In this document: positions 62,234 to 64,000 of the stretch, one piece after another
Numbering within the stretch: position 1 is the first letter of the stretch
How the letters are laid out: every line of letters starts with the position of its first letter
Notes under the pieces: model-generated
The model's database searches: none
Seen by the model: only the letters and a program-made list of their open reading frames with translations
Told to the model about the DNA's origin: nothing
NCBI GenBank assembly: GCA_051294375.1
Contig: JBJCIZ010000239.1
Coordinates: 5,429,656 to 5,493,655 of the forward strand
Direction: 5' to 3'
DNA from: Paraspadella gotoi
Taxonomy: Eukaryota; Animalia; Chaetognatha
DNA: 64,000 bases
Translations under genes and position numbers: made by a program

Positions 62234-64000
62234 CCGGAATACAAAGAGACAATCTGTGGAATGAGTTGTATTGTTATCCAAGTTAGTTTGCATAGTTCTG
62301 TATCTTTGTTTAAAAAAGTTTCGTAAATTAATTAAACGGTGTAAATTGAGTCGCTATTCATCGGCTAAATAAATTAATCCTCAAACATTAATAAATTCAT
62401 GGCATAAATCTTTTTAACTTTGGTCTAATACGAAAGGCCTTCGAAAAAAATTATACGTTGTCATCTCCTTAAACGTGTCACTAAAAATTTAACCCTCACC
62501 GCGATAAATACAAAAATTATACTATTATTAGCACGTCGATTGACCAAAAAAAAAAAAAACACATACTATACTAAAATAGCTATGGAAATTAGAAAAAAGA
62601 GAAGATTAAATACGTAAAGAATTTAGATATATATACTTAAAACTGTCACCGATTAACAACTAAATTTTTTTTTTTTTTCATGGAATGATTTCAATTTGAA
62701 CGCTACTAACGAAATATTCGATGGTTAAACCTCCCGGCGGGTACGCGCTGTCGGTAATTTTTCGCATGTCCTAAATCAATTGCGATATTTAACTTTAAAT
62801 AGTATTAAACGAGATGTCCCACCGATCTGGGATTGTTCTTTCCGAGTCACCAATTCTTTACAATATGTTTTGGGGGGGGGGGACAGCAACGAAAATTACA
62901 ATTTATTATATATATATAAGTAAAAAATTCTTTGAAAATAGGGATTAAGGTTAACGGATTAGGGATTAGAGATGATATAGCTTATATAGCTATATATACA
63001 TATATATATATATATATTTTATTATATGAAAATTTGCAAATTACTTGTTTCACTATTTTCTATTTTTATATTTTATGAAGGATTTAGTATTTAATCTTAT
63101 TATTTAATCAAATATATATTGCTTTCTTTCTTAAAAATGTTTTATTTATCTAATAATTCAATTTGGGAAGGGGAAGTCAGTGTTGTCTTCTGGAAATAGA
63201 GGGAGCTTCGGTTTAAAAATTCGGTTAGAAATTAAAACGAGAATTTAAGATTAAATTAAAGTTCGGAGAAAAGGAGTACTTGGTTGGATGTCGTCAGTAC
63301 CCTCACCGGCGACTTGGCCATTGATGCAAAATGAAAGTAACGAAATTAAGGGTTTGAGCTGAGGCTCAGATGTGAAAGGGGGGCTTTGGTTAGGGTTATC
63401 GTTGAAGGATAGGGCCAGAGGGTGACCCTAGGGTTAGGGTTCCGGTTCGACATGAGACAGGAGTCCAAGGTTAGGGTTGGGGCTAGGGAAGTCGCTCGCT
63501 GGCGATGTAGCAAGCTGGGGAAAGGATATGGATCGGTGCTCGGTTTAGGGTTAGGGTTGAGCGGGAGGCTCGCTGGCGATATAGCGAGCCGGGGAAAGGA
63601 TTTGGATCGGTGCTCGGTTTACGGTTAGGGTTGAGCGGGAGGTTCGCTGGCAATATAGCGAGCTGGGGAAAGGATTTGGATCGGTGCTCGGTTTAGGGTT
63701 AGGGTTGAGCGGGAGGCTCGCTGGCGATATAGCGAGCCGGGGAAAGGATTAGGTTCAGGGTTAGGGCTGAGAAGGACGAGGCGCCGAAAGCCTATCACAC
63801 TCATACCCTCTAAACGCCCTACACCCCCAACGACTATAACCCCCCCCCCATTCCTCAAGCCCAACCTCCTCGCTGGCGTCCACGACGTGTTCTCTCCACG
63901 TTTCTCCGTTCTCGCTTCTCAGGATCATGATCTCTCGCTCTCTCCCGCGCAGCGAAGCAAAGTGCGGGATCTCGATGATCACCGGTCCCAAGAACTTGGT
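35478..64000 (-). CDS. ANK2: Ankyrin (ankyrin-2/UNC-44-like, giant-exon isoforms), multi-exon, 5'-incomplete
   Basis: Spliced translation gives ZU5 ([36 protein letters not shown]), second ZU5 ([15 protein letters not shown]...[24 protein letters not shown]...[46 protein letters not shown]), UPA and death domain ([21 protein letters not shown]...QALAMLHIW); ~30 phase-consistent exons. Confidence 0.96.
35957..36128 (-). CDS. ANK2: Ankyrin C-terminal exon
   Basis: (R)[30 protein letters not shown]...[10 protein letters not shown]; CTCAG acceptor, GAG|GTGGGT donor. Confidence 0.8.
36467..36536 (-). CDS. ANK2: Ankyrin exon
   Basis: CGCAG acceptor, AG|GTGATT donor, phase 1-2: [23 protein letters not shown]. 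Confidence 0.75.
37430..37720 (-). mobile_element. Interspersed repeat family A, longest copy
   Basis: Reverse complement matches 6545-6815 and 17195-17325. Confidence 0.75.
38244..38262 (-). CDS. ANK2: Candidate 19-nt ankyrin microexon
   Basis: tttttttttacccttaag acceptor and consensus TG|GTAAGT donor. Confidence 0.4.
38961..39008 (-). CDS. ANK2: Ankyrin exon (48 nt)
   Basis: TTTCAG acceptor, G|GTAAGA donor, phase 1-1. Confidence 0.75.
39426..43847 (-). CDS. ANK2: Ankyrin giant exon 2 (4422 nt, 1474 codons, S/E/D-rich)
   Basis: ORF 39400..43758 extends in frame to a TAAAG acceptor at 43848-43849; ACT G|GTAAG donor; phase 1-1. Confidence 0.88.
44939..44998 (-). CDS. ANK2: Candidate ankyrin cassette exon (60 nt)
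   Basis: AAAG acceptor, G|GTATAT donor, open in phase 1-1; weak signals. Confidence 0.25.
46091..47999 (-). CDS. ANK2: Ankyrin large exon 1 (1909 nt)
   Basis: ORF 46020..48011; TTTCAG acceptor, TCA G|GTAATA donor, phase 0-1. Confidence 0.88.
48079..48161 (-). CDS. ANK2: Ankyrin exon
   Basis: AATAG acceptor, GAG|GTGATA donor, phase 1-0 leading into the 1909-nt exon. Confidence 0.7.
48451..48477 (-). CDS. ANK2: Ankyrin 27-nt microexon (GLPPVDIPI)
   Basis: T-tract + TAG acceptor, G|GTAAGT donor, phase 1-1. Confidence 0.6.
48877..48960 (-). CDS. ANK2: Ankyrin exon
   Basis: TTGTAG acceptor, G|GTAAGA donor, phase 1-1. Confidence 0.7.
49804..49947 (-). CDS. ANK2: Ankyrin exon
   Basis: AATAG acceptor, G|GTTTCA donor, 144 nt open, phase 1-1. 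Confidence 0.55.
50499..50588 (-). CDS. ANK2: Ankyrin exon (possible GC donor)
   Basis: CAAAG acceptor, AAG|GCAAGT donor, 90 nt open, phase 1-1. Confidence 0.5.
50828..50902 (-). CDS. ANK2: Ankyrin exon
   Basis: TTTTAG acceptor, G|GTATTT donor, phase 1-1. Confidence 0.7.
51187..51399 (-). CDS. ANK2: Ankyrin exon
   Basis: TAAAG acceptor, G|GTAAAG donor, 213 nt open, phase 1-1. Confidence 0.75.
51573..51636 (-). CDS. ANK2: Ankyrin exon ([21 protein letters not shown])
   Basis: CTTAG acceptor, G|GTAAGT donor, phase 0-1. Confidence 0.8.
51918..52000 (-). CDS. ANK2: Ankyrin exon ([16 protein letters not shown])
   Basis: TTTAAG acceptor, ACT|GTAAGT donor, phase 1-0; post-death-domain sequence. 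Confidence 0.85.
52957..53073 (-). CDS. ANK2: Candidate ankyrin cassette exon ([21 protein letters not shown])
   Basis: CACAG acceptor, CAG|GTTGTC donor, phase 1-1, 117 nt open. Confidence 0.5.
54233..54361 (-). CDS. ANK2: Ankyrin exon, end of death domain
   Basis: (G)[42 protein letters not shown]; CCAG acceptor, G|GTGAGG donor. Confidence 0.9.
54362..54870 (-). repeat. Tandem repeat: four extra copies of splice acceptor + first ~38 nt of the death-domain exon, separated by (GA)n
   Basis: ttgatctttct.aacg.ttt.tccaaattgttgcctggt.agaag at ~54442, 54580, 54701 and 54802. Confidence 0.92.
55077..55221 (-). CDS. ANK2: Ankyrin death-domain exon
   Basis: [48 protein letters not shown]; G|GTAAGC donor. 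Confidence 0.92.
55317..55384 (-). CDS. ANK2: Ankyrin exon, start of death domain
   Basis: (G)[22 protein letters not shown]; CAG|GTAAGA donor. Confidence 0.9.
55492..55558 (-). CDS. ANK2: Ankyrin exon (UPA-DD linker)
   Basis: TTTAAG acceptor, G|GTTAGT donor, phase 0-1. Confidence 0.8.
55886..56098 (-). mobile_element. Interspersed repeat family B copy
   Basis: Reverse complement of 25495-25708. Confidence 0.8.
56213..56227 (-). CDS. ANK2: Candidate 15-nt ankyrin microexon (ESGSE)
   Basis: tgctcaccttatcaag acceptor, GAG|GTGAGT donor, phase 0-0. Confidence 0.5.
56441..56756. mobile_element. MITE-like family C copy with TTAGGG-like core
   Basis: Starts ggccttattttccaaaaacgcc like 30801; ends gggcgctctgggaaaagagagtcg; ggttaggg-rich interior. 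Confidence 0.6.
56814..56939 (-). CDS. ANK2: Ankyrin UPA exon
   Basis: [42 protein letters not shown]. Confidence 0.93.
57200..57460 (-). repeat. Degenerate tandem copies of the UPA exon 3' end/donor region
   Basis: aaagtcctc(a/g)ccttaa at ~57201, 57281, 57398 and 57434 (the true donor); aagaaaatataacaatgatgtaaagtcttc twice. Confidence 0.8.
57445..57552 (-). CDS. ANK2: Ankyrin UPA exon
   Basis: [36 protein letters not shown]. Confidence 0.95.
58771..58857 (-). CDS. ANK2: Ankyrin UPA exon
   Basis: [29 protein letters not shown]. Confidence 0.95.
59100..59276 (-). CDS. ANK2: Ankyrin ZU5/UPA exon
   Basis: [11 protein letters not shown]...[29 protein letters not shown]. Confidence 0.95.
59782..59908 (-). 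CDS. ANK2: Ankyrin second ZU5 exon
   Basis: [42 protein letters not shown]. Confidence 0.95.
60026..60262. repeat. (GAAAA)n and (GGAAA)n pentanucleotide microsatellites
   Basis: Directly visible arrays. Confidence 0.95.
60551..60790 (-). CDS. ANK2: Ankyrin second ZU5 exon with poly-Gly insert
   Basis: (R)[42 protein letters not shown]...ATQ; AG|GTTTGT donor restores phase 2. Confidence 0.88.
61225..61322 (-). CDS. ANK2: Ankyrin second ZU5 exon
   Basis: [32 protein letters not shown]. Confidence 0.95.
61443..61535 (-). CDS. ANK2: Ankyrin ZU5 exon
   Basis: [31 protein letters not shown]. Confidence 0.95.
61997..62104 (-). CDS. ANK2: Ankyrin first ZU5 exon
   Basis: [36 protein letters not shown]. 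Confidence 0.93.
63494..63750. repeat. 74-bp minisatellite (~3.5 units) with hairpin and TTAGGG
   Basis: g(c/t)tcgctggc at 63494, 63568, 63642 and 63716 (period 74). Confidence 0.9.
63866..64000 (-). CDS. ANK2: Ankyrin first ZU5 exon (truncated by window edge)
   Basis: [45 protein letters not shown]; GAG|GTTGGG donor. Confidence 0.95.

Overview
Eukaryotic (invertebrate animal) genomic DNA from a gapped draft assembly, with AT-rich, microsatellite-filled introns and GT-AG exons. It holds two convergent multi-exon genes. On the + strand is the 3' part of a kinesin-11/KIF26 (VAB-8)-like gene, from the end of the motor domain at 10553 to a stop at 30439. It is preceded by three unassigned low-complexity exons at 1615-4045. 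On the - strand is the 3' part of an ankyrin gene (ANK2/unc-44-like), entering at 64000 and stopping at 35478. It encodes ZU5-ZU5-UPA and a death domain, then a run of phase-1 cassette exons including two very large exons (1909 and 4422 nt), i.e. a giant-ankyrin locus. Other features: a hAT-type element whose 8-bp target duplication copies a splice donor, a foldback MITE, TTAGGG-rich MITE-like elements, tandem repeats that multiply ankyrin splice sites, microexons (one creating a stop across its junction), and a sharp GC/CpG shift inside the ankyrin gene. Two local duplications beside 25-N gaps look like assembly artefacts. All exon models were built by hand from splice signals and phase continuity; there is no transcript evidence.
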